From Candidatus Chisholmbacteria bacterium RIFCSPHIGHO2_01_FULL_52_32 (lineage in GTDB: Bacteria > Patescibacteriota > Microgenomatia > UBA1400 > Chisholmbacteraceae), in contig MHCJ01000006.1 in the NCBI GenBank assembly GCA_001816585.1, forward strand, positions 64,040-128,039: a DNA stretch of 64,000 bases, written 5' to 3'. The notes under the pieces are model-generated. The model was given only the letters and a program-made list of their open reading frames with translations, ran no database searches and was not told the DNA's origin. Shown in pieces: positions 10,461 to 19,507 of the stretch (position 1 is the stretch's first letter; each line of letters begins with the position of its first letter). Made by a program: the position numbers and the translations under genes.

Positions 10461-10760
10461 CTAGTCAAACCCAAGTTGGGCCTTTGCCGCTTCGCTCATC
10501 AGCTCCTGCGTCCATGGAGGATCAAAAGTAAGCTCAATCGCAACCTCGTTAACGCCGGGGATTTTCCGAATTGCCCCAGAAACGAGCTCTTCAAACACGC
10601 CCCCCAGAGGGCATCCGGGGGTCGTCAGCGTCATCAGCACCGACACCTTCCCTCCATGAATGACAATCTTGTAGACCAACCCTAAATCGACGATGTTCAC
10701 CCCAAGCTCAGGGTCAATCACCTTTCTAAGCTTGGCTGTCACGCGTTTCCTGGTAACCAT
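10461..10760 (-). CDS. Metal-sulfur cluster assembly factor (DUF59/SufT-like)
   Basis: VIDPELGVNIVDLGLVY, MTLTTPGCP and FDPPW motifs. Confidence 0.93.
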   Translation of the reverse strand: MVTRKRVTAKLRKVIDPELGVNIVDLGLVYKIVIHGGKVSVLMTLTTPGCPLGGVFEELVSGAIRKIPGVNEVAIELTFDPPWTQELMSEAAKAQLGFD

Positions 10761-10807
10761 ACTTCAAGTATTATACAAAACTTAAGGCCAAAGAACCCAT
10801 CCGAACA

Positions 10808-10836
10808 AAGAAAAGCCCCGCGCTAAACGGGGCTTT
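10808..10836 (-). terminator. Intrinsic terminator
   Basis: AAAGCCCCG/CGGGGCTTT stem followed by a U-tract on the minus strand, downstream of the 10874..11071 gene. Confidence 0.75.
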
Positions 10837-10873
10837 AACACAAACGTACAGTAAGAAAAAAAGAAGAAGTCGT

Positions 10874-11071
10874 TTAGGACTTCTTCAAAACCGGCATACC
10901 TGTCCGCTGGGTTTCAATAACCTTATACCCACCCGGAACGCTGTCAAGCGAACCGCTGCGGATATCGCGGGCGAAGAAATAAATGGTCTGCCGACGACCA
11001 TTCTTCAGAGTCACATCCTTGTTATGAAGGTAGTACGTCTGACCTTTCGAATTTTTGTAAGAATACGCCAC
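10874..11071 (-). CDS. Small basic hypothetical protein
   Basis: Strong GGAGGTG RBS, GTG start, own terminator; NSKGQTYYLH...TGMPVLKK. Confidence 0.8.
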   Translation of the reverse strand: MAYSYKNSKGQTYYLHNKDVTLKNGRRQTIYFFARDIRSGSLDSVPGGYKVIETQRTGMPVLKKS

Positions 11072-11392
11072 GTCTTCTCACCTCCCTCCGTGAGCAGGAG
11101 ACAAGAAGTAATCTCCTAAAGTCACCAGAGCAGTATACCAAGACTCCAGAGGAAAATGCAAGAGGCAAATCTGGCAGGAAAAAACCGGCATGAAAAAACT
11201 CGAGACAACTGGGGAAGGAGAGTCGGAAAAGAGAAAAAGGCTATTCTGTCGGGAATAAGGGCATACACAAAGCACAAAGCCCTCAGGATCAGAAGAGATG
11301 GGTTCCTGAAAAAACTTAAAAAAACATTGACGGGAATGAGCCCATACGTCACGAGGGAAAACGATGGGACGGCGCGCTATCCGAAACAGGAA

Positions 11393-11587
11393 TCACGACC
11401 GAAACTCCGCTTCGAGGAGGAGGTAAATTCCCCATGCAGCCAAGGTGATGGACACCAAAAGCCACTGGGTACTCGCAAGAAAGATATCGCTACCCGTTGA
11501 TCCCAAAGCGGCAAGCCCGACCCCGACAACAGAACCAATCATGAGGGTCTTCGCGGCCATCGGCTTATCCTTGTCTCGAAGAAACAT
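11393..11587 (-). CDS. Small two-TM protein
   Basis: 64 aa hydrophobic ORF with a purine-rich RBS. Confidence 0.6.
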   Translation of the reverse strand: MFLRDKDKPMAAKTLMIGSVVGVGLAALGSTGSDIFLASTQWLLVSITLAAWGIYLLLEAEFRS

Positions 11588-11663
11588 AGATCTTTCTCAC
11601 CACCCTTCTTTCAAGCTCAATCTATCTCTCAACTCCCCATTCAACCACCCCCAAAACCCGGTG

Positions 11664-12287
11664 TCAATGAAGTTCCGCAGTAACGGCTTGAGAAAGTTGG
11701 TCCGCAGAAACTTTCCTCCCATTCATAAAGATGGTCGGTGTGGACGAAATTCCTAAAGTCCGCCCGTCCCTGATATCATCTCGGATCTGCTGCTCATACT
11801 CCGAAGCGTCCCACAGGTTTAGGAAAGCGCCGGGGTCCATTCCCAACCGATCCGCATATGAAGCAAAAAGAGCTTTGATATCGTTCGAGGTTGCCCATTC
11901 GTCCTGCAGCTCAAACAACAGGTCATGCATTTCCCAAAACTTCCCTATCGAGAAAGCGATCTCACTCGCCTTTGCAGCATCGAGCGCATGATCATGAATC
12001 GACGTCAGCGGAAAATGTCGGTAGACGAAACGTACATCGTTCGAGTTTTCCCGAAGAACTTCCTGGATAACGGATTCGCTCGCCCGACAAGCCGGACATT
12101 GGAAATCGGAGAATTCAACAATGGTCACCCGAGGTTCCGCACTCCCGGTAGACAGGCGTGCATCACCGACAATGAGGGAAGGATCAACGGCTCGCTGTTC
12201 CATTTTAGACAGAAGGGAAGCAGCGCCAAACACAATCGCAACGGACAGAAATAAGCCCAATCCGATGATCTTAAGCTGCGAATTCAT
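11664..12287 (-). CDS. DsbA/BdbD-like thiol-disulfide oxidoreductase
   Basis: EFSDFQCPAC, YRHFPL and STPT motifs; N-terminal anchor. Confidence 0.92.
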   Translation of the reverse strand: MNSQLKIIGLGLFLSVAIVFGAASLLSKMEQRAVDPSLIVGDARLSTGSAEPRVTIVEFSDFQCPACRASESVIQEVLRENSNDVRFVYRHFPLTSIHDHALDAAKASEIAFSIGKFWEMHDLLFELQDEWATSNDIKALFASYADRLGMDPGAFLNLWDASEYEQQIRDDIRDGRTLGISSTPTIFMNGRKVSADQLSQAVTAELH

Positions 12288-12337
12288 GGGGAAAGCCTAC
12301 CAGCCACCGAGGCCGATGTCAACCAGGCTAAAGGGTA

Positions 12338-12366
12338 TTGACAAGCAGTGGAGGGATTGTTACGGT
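12338..12366 (+). promoter_or_regulatory. Sigma70-type promoter
   Basis: TTGACA (12338), 17 nt spacer, TACGGT preceded by a TGn extension. Confidence 0.5.
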
Positions 12367-12637
12367 AGAAAGGAATGAACCGCCCTGCCAAGCCAAAAAT
12401 CTCCAATCCACATCAATTCAATTGGTTAAAGTTCTCTTCATACAACAATCGTTTTTACTCATTCTCTTGCCGATGAGATCCTATCTAAAAAAGCTCCTCA
12501 TCTCGGTCGGCGTCATCGCCGCCCTCATGCTTGCCAAAAAAGCCGGCGCCTGACCTTCTCAGTGATAACAAACTCCGGTTGTCCGGAGTCTTACTCTTTA
12601 TCTCTAGATGTATCATTAGTCGCTATTCACTACTCCG

Positions 12638-12895
12638 TCACTTCGGCCAAATCTGCTCTCCGGTTTCATCATCGGTCACAACAATCGCTGCCGTCGGACA
12701 GCTTTGCGCCGCCAAAAGCATATTATCGTCGCTATCCAGCTTCTGTGCCAACACAATCGCCTTAGTCTCGCTATCGAGCTTAAACGTCATGGGTGATATC
12801 GCCACGCAGCTCGCCGCACCGATGCATTTATCTCGAATGACGGTAACGGTGTATCGCCCTTTTTTTTGGATTTGCTTATCTGCCATAGGTGACAA
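12638..12895 (-). CDS. Single-cluster ferredoxin (probably [3Fe-4S])
   Basis: CIGAASC...CP motif with Ala at the second Cys position. Confidence 0.88.
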   Translation of the reverse strand: MSPMADKQIQKKGRYTVTVIRDKCIGAASCVAISPMTFKLDSETKAIVLAQKLDSDDNMLLAAQSCPTAAIVVTDDETGEQIWPK

Positions 12896-12934
12896 TAATA
12901 ATAAACAATTCCTTCAGTTCCCGTACAGGGGTGT

Positions 12935-13660
12935 TCAATAATACTGCTCCGTATGAATTCGTTGTCTCGGAACGCCCTTCTCTTCAAGAATCTTCTTCAT
13001 ATCGAGAATCATCTGGGCGTTCCCGCAAAGATACGCCCCGACCTGAGAAAAATCACTGTGATGAGTAACGACACAATCCGTAACGTAACCGGAACAGAGT
13101 GGCCAGTCCTTCGGCGGACGCGACAGCACCAGGTCGAAATGGAAGTTCGGAAAATACTCTGCTAGCTGCCGGAAATCCTCTTCCCAAAAAAGTTCTTCGG
13201 CATACCGAAAGCCCCAGTGCAAATAGATCTCTCGCTTGTCCTTTTTGGTTTGCAAAAGATCCAAGACATGACTTCGAATTGAGGAAATCCCGCTTCCGGT
13301 CGCAATAAACAGAAGCTTCTTTTCCTCCCTACCGATATCGCCTGCCGGATCGGCTACCGTAAACACACCCACAGGAGCTTTAAAACTCACCTCATCCCCG
13401 GGAGCAAGAGAAGCCAAATAGAGTGATCCTTCCCCGCCAGGGGAAATATCAACCAGTACCTCAACCGAGTGATCCTGATCCGGAGACGAGGCGATGGAAT
13501 ACGACTTTAACTGGTCAAGGCCAGGAATCCTCATCAACAGATACTGACCGGCCGTGAATTGGATCCTGGGCGGGGAAACCAGTTCAAAATCGATGTATTG
13601 GAACTTCCCGCCCAACAGCTCATGCTCGCGAACCTTCGCATGAAAGTCGGTTATCGCCAT
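12935..13660 (-). CDS. FAD/NAD(P)-binding oxidoreductase (ferredoxin reductase family)
   Basis: FTAGQY, KSYSIAS, IATGSGIS, YLCG and terminal EQYY motifs. Confidence 0.9.
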   Translation of the reverse strand: MAITDFHAKVREHELLGGKFQYIDFELVSPPRIQFTAGQYLLMRIPGLDQLKSYSIASSPDQDHSVEVLVDISPGGEGSLYLASLAPGDEVSFKAPVGVFTVADPAGDIGREEKKLLFIATGSGISSIRSHVLDLLQTKKDKREIYLHWGFRYAEELFWEEDFRQLAEYFPNFHFDLVLSRPPKDWPLCSGYVTDCVVTHHSDFSQVGAYLCGNAQMILDMKKILEEKGVPRQRIHTEQYY

Positions 13661-13706
13661 AGGTCCATTCTAAAGGAAACTGGAATAAGAATTCAAAACA
13701 ACACGG

Positions 13707-14078
13707 TTATCGCTTCTCAAATGTTTTCAGCGCATTCCCAAGAGCACGGAAAGGTAAAAGGATGCACTTCGTCCGCATAGAAGAAACCTCAACCCCAACC
13801 AGATCAAGAACAAACCGCTCGCTCATCCGTGCAACGTCCGAGATAAGCTTCCCTTTCAATTGCTCGGTCAGCAGGCTTGCCGAGGCTATGGACAAAGCAC
13901 ACCCGACACCCTTAAACCGTACGCCGACAATTTTGGCATCAACAACCTTTAAGGAAAGCTCAATCAGGTCCCCACAACTTGCATTCGCTTCCCGTACGGT
14001 AACAGTGGCATCGGGGAGATCTCCATAATTCGACGGATGCTTATAGTGGGTTAAAATTTCCTCTCTATAGGGATCCAT
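13707..14078 (-). CDS. sufU: SufU/IscU-type scaffold or sulfur-transfer protein
   Basis: NASCGD, GCALSIAS and RTKC motifs; follows sufS. Confidence 0.9.
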   Translation of the reverse strand: MDPYREEILTHYKHPSNYGDLPDATVTVREANASCGDLIELSLKVVDAKIVGVRFKGVGCALSIASASLLTEQLKGKLISDVARMSERFVLDLVGVEVSSMRTKCILLPFRALGNALKTFEKR

Positions 14079-14081
14079 AGA

Positions 14082-15368
14082 TTACACTTTGAATACCCGA
14101 CGAACCTTCAAAAGCCCGTCCGCGAGCCGATCGATCTCTTCTTGTAGCGTATAAATGTAAAAACTTGCCCGAACGGTTGCGACAACCCCAAGCCTCCGCG
14201 CAAGTGGCATTGCGCAGTGATGACCGCTGCGGACAGCAATACCCTCACTATCAAGAACCTGCGCGGTGTCATGAGCATGAACGCCGGCGACATTGAACGT
14301 CACCACTCCGCCCCGCACACTCGCATCACGAACACCATAAAGAGTTAAAAAACCTTCTTTCTCAAAAACCTGCAGTTTTGTCAGAGCATAGGAAACCAGC
14401 TCTTGCTCATGCTGCCGAATAAGCTGCATACCAACCGAGCGAAGGTATTGGCAACACGCTTCCATGCCGACCATTCCGGCCATGTTTGGTGTTCCCGCCT
14501 CAAACTTCCAAGGCAAACGGTTCCAGACGGTATCCGAAAGTCCTACTTCTGAAATCATGTCACCGCCAAAAAGGAAAGGCGGCATCGCATCCAAAAGCTC
14601 CCGACGGCCCCAGAGCACCCCTATCCCCGTCGGTCCCAACATCTTATGGCCGGAAAACACAAGAAAGTCAGCGCCTATTCGTTTGATATCAACCGGCATG
14701 TGGGGAACGGATTGTGCCGCATCAACCACGACCAAGGCCTGCGGGGCTTTCTTCCGAACGAGGGGAATGATATCCGAAAGAGGATTGATCGTCCCCAAAA
14801 CGTTTGACACATGCGTAATACCGACAACCTTCACCCGCTCATCCAACAAGTCCTCAAGCGTTCCCACAACCGCACCATCCACCTGCTGCATGCTGCCTGA
14901 CTCGTCAAAGATCTTGAGCCGCCCATCGTCGGTAACATCCGCAATCTTAAAGGCAGCTCCTTTCTGTTTTGCCAATTGTTGCCAGGGGACAAAATTGGAG
15001 TGATGCTCCATCATCGTAACCACAACGCTATCTCCCGATCCGATATTCTGCTCTCCCCATGCGTAGCGAATGAGATTCACTCCCTCCGTTGCGTTGCGGA
15101 CAAAAATCACTTCGTCGCTGCTTGAGGCTCCGATGAAACGGGCAACACTGGCTCGCGCCCGCTCGACCATCTCCGTTGCCTCACCGGAGAGGGTATGCAC
15201 TCCACGGTGAACATTGGCATTATGACGCCGGTAGTATCGATCCATCGCTGAAATGACCTGCCGGGGTTTCTGGGTCGTCGCTGAGCTATCAAGATAAACC
15301 AAAGGTTTCCCATGGATCTTTCGTGAAAGAATTGGGAAATCCTTACGTATTTTTTTGACGTCGAGCAT
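14082..15368 (-). CDS. sufS: SufS cysteine desulfurase
   Basis: YLDSSATTQKP, SGHKMLGPTG and RSGHHCA motifs. Confidence 0.95.
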   Translation of the reverse strand: MLDVKKIRKDFPILSRKIHGKPLVYLDSSATTQKPRQVISAMDRYYRRHNANVHRGVHTLSGEATEMVERARASVARFIGASSSDEVIFVRNATEGVNLIRYAWGEQNIGSGDSVVVTMMEHHSNFVPWQQLAKQKGAAFKIADVTDDGRLKIFDESGSMQQVDGAVVGTLEDLLDERVKVVGITHVSNVLGTINPLSDIIPLVRKKAPQALVVVDAAQSVPHMPVDIKRIGADFLVFSGHKMLGPTGIGVLWGRRELLDAMPPFLFGGDMISEVGLSDTVWNRLPWKFEAGTPNMAGMVGMEACCQYLRSVGMQLIRQHEQELVSYALTKLQVFEKEGFLTLYGVRDASVRGGVVTFNVAGVHAHDTAQVLDSEGIAVRSGHHCAMPLARRLGVVATVRASFYIYTLQEEIDRLADGLLKVRRVFKV

Positions 15369-15404
15369 TTACCTCCGTGGTTCACGCTTCATCATTGTTA
15401 ATTC

Positions 15405-15911
15405 TTAATGCTTAATTCTCTCCCGAACCGCGTTCAAAAAGCCATCAACGATCATCTTCGAGGCTACAGTGCGCGAGAAGCCTCGGCTCCGAAGATAAAA
15501 TATCTGCTCCTCATCAATCTTCCCAACCGTTGCGGCGTGAGAAGCATGGACATCATCTGCCTCAATTTCTAACCTCGGTAAAGCCTCTGCTCTGGCCCAC
15601 GGAGAAACAAGGAGAACATTCTCCCGCAGAAAGGCATTCGTCTGCTGCGCTCCTCGTCCTATCTTTATCATACCAGAGAGGAAAACCTGCGAACGATCAG
15701 TTGCCACGGCGCGGATGAAAATATCGCAAGATGTATGTGGTACGCGGTGGAGTGAGGTAATATCAACCACAAGACGCTCCGAGCCCGTAGCCACGAGCGC
15801 CCCCAAAATCTCAACCCTCGCCCCTTCCCCAACCAGCTCGATCGCATACTCCCCCGGCCGGTTAATCACAATCTGTCGCTCTTCGTCCTTCCGAATGGTA
15901 TATTTTGTCAT
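15405..15911 (-). CDS. sufD: SufD-like protein (short, C-terminal portion only)
   Basis: PRLEIEADDVHASHAATVG and FYLRSRG motifs; only 168 aa. Confidence 0.85.
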   Translation of the reverse strand: MTKYTIRKDEERQIVINRPGEYAIELVGEGARVEILGALVATGSERLVVDITSLHRVPHTSCDIFIRAVATDRSQVFLSGMIKIGRGAQQTNAFLRENVLLVSPWARAEALPRLEIEADDVHASHAATVGKIDEEQIFYLRSRGFSRTVASKMIVDGFLNAVRERIKH

Positions 15912-15936
15912 GAAAATTGTTTAGAAATTGTTGACC

Positions 15937-17324
15937 TTATCCAACCGATCCTTCCATCTCGAGATCTATCAGCCGATTCATTTCGATCGCATATTCAAGC
16001 GGTAACTTTTTGATCAATGGTTCTACAAACCCGGAAACAATCATCTTGCTCGCCGCCTCTTCATTCAGGCCCCGGCTCATAAGGTAAAAAAGCTGCTCCT
16101 CACCAATCTTTGACACCGTCGCCTCATGGGCAAGCGAAACATCGCTGCAGAGAATACGGTTGGTCGGATACGTATCGCTTCTGCTCTCGGGGTCCAAAAG
16201 CAACGCATCGCAAACCACTTTACTCTTACTGCCCCGCGCTTGCGGACTGATGGACACCAAACCGCGATAACTGGTCCGTCCTCCGCCACGGCTTACGGAC
16301 TTACTGACAATGGTGCTTGTTGTATGGGGAGCAAGATGAATCGCTTTGCTTCCCGTATCCTGATGCTGACCTGCACCCGCCATTGCCATAGACAGCGTCT
16401 CGCCCCGCGCCCCCTTCCCTGCCAGAAAAAATGAAGGGTACTTCATGGTGAGCTTCGAACCCATGTTGAAGTCCGTCCATACCATCTCCCCTTCCTCCTC
16501 GACCCATGCCCGCTTCGTCACGAGATTATACACGGTCTTATACCAATTCTGGACGGTCGTATACTGAACGCGGGCACCCTTCTTCACAAAAATCTCAACC
16601 ACCCTTCAATATAGTGAACTGATGACCCCTCATCAGCAATGATCAGGGTTCGCTCAAACTGGCCGGCATTCGGCGCGTTAATCCGAAAATATGCTTGAAG
16701 GGGTAATTGAACCGTCACGCCCTTTGGTACATAGACGAAACTTCCGCCGCTCCACACTGCGCTGTTTAATGCGGAAAACTTATTGTCAGCGGGAGGTATC
16801 AATTTTCCGAAGTGTTGACGGACAAGATCGGGGTGCTCGCGCAATCCCTCATCCATCGAGAGAAAAACGATACCCTGTTTCTGCAAAAGCTTCCGCAGCG
16901 AACCATAGACGACCTCCGAATCGTACTGCGCCTTCACTCCGGAAAGTGCTTTCCGTTCCGCTTCCGGAATCCCCAGCCTGTCAAACGTTCTTTTGATCTC
17001 GACAGGCACATCTTCCCATCGCCGCTTGAGCCCTGTAGTTGGCCGCAAATAATAATGAATGGCATCATAATTAATGGTCCCCAGGTTCCCGCCCCATATT
17101 GGCGTTGGCTTGGCTTGGAAGATTCCCAAGGCAGACAGACGGAATTCTCGCATCCACATCGGTTCATGTTTATAAAAGGAGATTTCTTCAACCACCCGTT
17201 TCGAAAGCCCTGGCCGGCTCATAAACTCATAGCGATCCGTCGGCATGGAAAACCCATACCGATAACCATCCCGAATCGAAGGACTTTTTATTTTGGGTAT
17301 CTGAATCGGTGCAAATCTCGACAT
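15937..17324 (-). pseudogene. sufB: sufB, split into two frames (16584..17324 and 15937..16602) by an internal deletion; real lesion or assembly artefact
   Basis: N-part has GQFERTLIIA...VHYIEG; C-part has VVEIFVK...QNW...HEAT. The conserved CTAP...LHxA segment is absent at the junction near 16600. Confidence 0.85.
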
Positions 17325-17340
17325 CTTTTTAGAAATTAGG

Positions 17341-18129
17341 TTAATGAGAAATTAGAAATTTCCGGTAACCCTCTCTCTCCAATTCCCTCGCCAACTCTCT
17401 TCCGCCGCTTTTCACTATTCTCCCATCAATCATGACATGCACAACATCCGGTTTAATAAATCGGAGCAGGCGTTGATAATGAGTAATAAGAATAATGCCC
17501 AGGGTTTTATTCTTTGCCATCATTCGATTAACCCCATCTGCCACCACCTTCAAAGCATCGACATCCAGTCCGCTGTCCGTCTCATCGAGTACTGCATATT
17601 TCGGGCGAAGCACTGCCATCTGCAATATTTCCAACCGCTTTTTCTCTCCCCCGCTAAACCCCTCATTGAGTGAACGGCGTAAAAGTTCTTCCGGGATGCC
17701 CAATCGCTTTACTTCGTGAAGTAGCTTCTGACGAAATTTCAAAACGCCATTCTTCGGCTGAAGGCCAAGGGTCTGCGTCGCTTGACGGAGAAAATTCTGG
17801 ACGGAAATCCCCTCTATGCTCACGGGATACTGAAATGCCAAAAACAACCCCGCCCTCGCCCGCTCATCAGGAGTCTTATGAAGTAAATCCTTCCCGTCCA
17901 ACATTATCTTACATTGGTATTTATTGGTATTTATTGGTTTATTGGTAGTTATTATTTTTTTCTCTACATCATAGGCTGGATGCCCCATCAGCGTATAGGC
18001 AAGAGTTGATTTTCCGCTCCCGTTCGGGCCCATGATCGCATGGATCTCTCCCGGACGCACCACAAGATCCACTCCTTTCAATATAGGTTTCCCTTCAACC
18101 GACACGTGGAGATTCTTCACAACCAGCAT
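17341..18129 (-). CDS. sufC: Fe-S assembly ATPase SufC
   Basis: GPNGSGKST, FQYP, GFSGGEKKR and LDETDSGLD motifs. Confidence 0.96.
   Translation of the reverse strand: MLVVKNLHVSVEGKPILKGVDLVVRPGEIHAIMGPNGSGKSTLAYTLMGHPAYDVEKKIITTNKPINTNKYQCKIMLDGKDLLHKTPDERARAGLFLAFQYPVSIEGISVQNFLRQATQTLGLQPKNGVLKFRQKLLHEVKRLGIPEELLRRSLNEGFSGGEKKRLEILQMAVLRPKYAVLDETDSGLDVDALKVVADGVNRMMAKNKTLGIILITHYQRLLRFIKPDVVHVMIDGRIVKSGGRELARELEREGYRKFLISH
17913..17950. repeat. Short tandem ATTGGT(ATTT) repeats inside sufC
   Basis: ATTGGTATTT x2, ATTGGTTT, ATTGGTAGTT; encodes the extra TTNKPINTNKYQ segment. Confidence 0.7.
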
Positions 18130-18148
18130 CTCTCCTCCTCATCACTCC

Positions 18149-18188
18149 TGTCTTATTCTTGTCTCTTGTCTCTTGTTTCTTGTTTCTC
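18149..18188. repeat. Degenerate heptamer tandem repeat (TCTTGTY)
   Basis: TCTTAT TCTTGTC TCTTGTC TCTTGTT TCTTGTT run. Confidence 0.7.
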
Positions 18189-18189
18189 T

Positions 18190-18366
18190 CTACTCACAGC
18201 ACGGATCCTTCCATCCGCAGTTCGTGCAAATCGCTTTCTTCGTCCCCGCAATCGCGCCCATGAGATTCCCACACTGCAGACACTCCTGGGTTGGCTCCCC
18301 TCTTCTGCGAATCTCCCTTGACTGTTGTTTCCAAGTAGATTGTGTTGTTATCCGAAAGGCACCCAC
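18190..18366 (-). CDS. 58 aa Cys-rich zinc-ribbon-like microprotein (not in ORF track)
   Basis: Manual translation from GTG after AGGGAG: ...QECLQCGNLMGAIAGTKKAICTNCGWKDPCCE*. Confidence 0.7.
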   Translation of the reverse strand: MGAFRITTQSTWKQQSREIRRRGEPTQECLQCGNLMGAIAGTKKAICTNCGWKDPCCE

Positions 18367-18377
18367 ATCTCTCCCTA

Positions 18378-18419
18378 CTTGCTATTTGCCATTTGCTAAT
18401 TACCATTTGCTATTTGCTT
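18378..18419. repeat. Degenerate heptamer tandem repeat (TTTGCYA)
   Basis: CTTGCTA TTTGCCA TTTGCTA ATTACCA TTTGCTA TTTGCTT. Confidence 0.75.
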
Positions 18420-18429
18420 TTCCCTACTA

Positions 18430-19017
18430 CTATAACAACGACATCTGAACCTTTGCCTCACCCGTAAACGAAAAGTCGACCGGAACCGTCATCAGCCGAT
18501 TCCACTTATTCTTAAACTTCAGCTGTCCATGGGTACGGCCAAAATCATAGAGATCGCGCGTAATACGGACATCCGAAAGGCAGTACGAGGCAAGCTCTTC
18601 AAAACGACCCTGTTCATAGTAAAGAAGCGCATCAAGCCCAGTTCCGCTCTTCTCAGTGCCCAACGTCTCCTTTGCAAGAGCATCCAAACTCACCCGATGT
18701 CCGACAGTCTTTTTGACCTCCGCTAAAATATCAAGCGTCGGAAACGAGGAAATGTCACCGTGGTAGTGCGCGGACAGAACCGGGTAATCAAAATCGATGA
18801 TGTTAAACCCGATGATCCGATCTGCCTGTTCTAAGATCGGCCAAAGTGCATCCAATTGGTCCTCAAAAAAACCCGACAGCTCGCCGGACCCGCGATCTTC
18901 TGTATCCATTGCCCTGCGACAGATCCCGACAAAACTCACGCCCAACTGCTTAGGATCATACTTCCCGGACTCAACAAACGCCTTTTTTGTCTCAAGATCC
19001 AAAATGACCTCATTCAT
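18430..19017 (-). CDS. RNase H-like (DEDD exonuclease-like) domain protein
   Basis: LDLET, IGFNIIDFD and YCLSDV motifs. Confidence 0.82.
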   Translation of the reverse strand: MNEVILDLETKKAFVESGKYDPKQLGVSFVGICRRAMDTEDRGSGELSGFFEDQLDALWPILEQADRIIGFNIIDFDYPVLSAHYHGDISSFPTLDILAEVKKTVGHRVSLDALAKETLGTEKSGTGLDALLYYEQGRFEELASYCLSDVRITRDLYDFGRTHGQLKFKNKWNRLMTVPVDFSFTGEAKVQMSLL

Positions 19018-19042
19018 ATCATTGCTGCAAAATCGCGCTCAA

Positions 19043-19444
19043 TCAGGCTTTTCCGATGAGATCCGCAACCGTATACCCCCTCATCGACCGCTGAAATGAA
19101 GACGCCATCCGCTCCATAACGCTTTTTTGCACACAGGCAGGCTCGCAAACGCAGCCTTCCCGCATGCAGGCAACAGGAGCAACCGGCCCTTCCAAAAGCT
19201 CCAAAACCTCACCAATCCCAATCGATCGGGGGTCTCGCGCCAGAAAATACCCTCCGCCCACTCCTTCTTTGCTCCCCAATATCTCAGCCTCAACTAAAAG
19301 AGGAGCAATCTGCGAAACGAACTTGAATGGCATGCGTAATGTGTGCGCCAACTTCCGTAAGGGAACGACATTCCCAACACCTATCTTGGCAAGGGAAGTC
19401 AGAAGCAAGAGTCCGTAGTCACCTTTTCTCGAAATCCGAAACAC
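19043..19444 (-). CDS. Rrf2 family regulator (IscR-like Cys motif)
   Basis: DYGLLLL, SKEGVGGGYFLAR and LEGPVAPVACMREGCVCEPAC motifs. Confidence 0.92.
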   Translation of the reverse strand: MFRISRKGDYGLLLLTSLAKIGVGNVVPLRKLAHTLRMPFKFVSQIAPLLVEAEILGSKEGVGGGYFLARDPRSIGIGEVLELLEGPVAPVACMREGCVCEPACVQKSVMERMASSFQRSMRGYTVADLIGKA

Positions 19445-19453
19445 CGGGAATCC

Positions 19454-19484
19454 TTAAACTCCAACTTAAACAGTAGGAGTTTAA
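19454..19484. promoter_or_regulatory. Palindromic operator, probable Rrf2 autoregulatory site
   Basis: TTAAACTCC-A-ACT-N5-AGT-A-GGAGTTTAA inverted repeat 10 bp upstream of the Rrf2 start. Confidence 0.7.
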
Positions 19485-19507
19485 CACGAAGCAAACCAAG
19501 GATCAAA

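Noticed and set aside
16584-16615. Programmed ribosomal frameshift in sufB
   Set aside because: Conserved residues are missing at the junction, so a frameshift alone would not rebuild SufB; no clear slippery heptamer is present.
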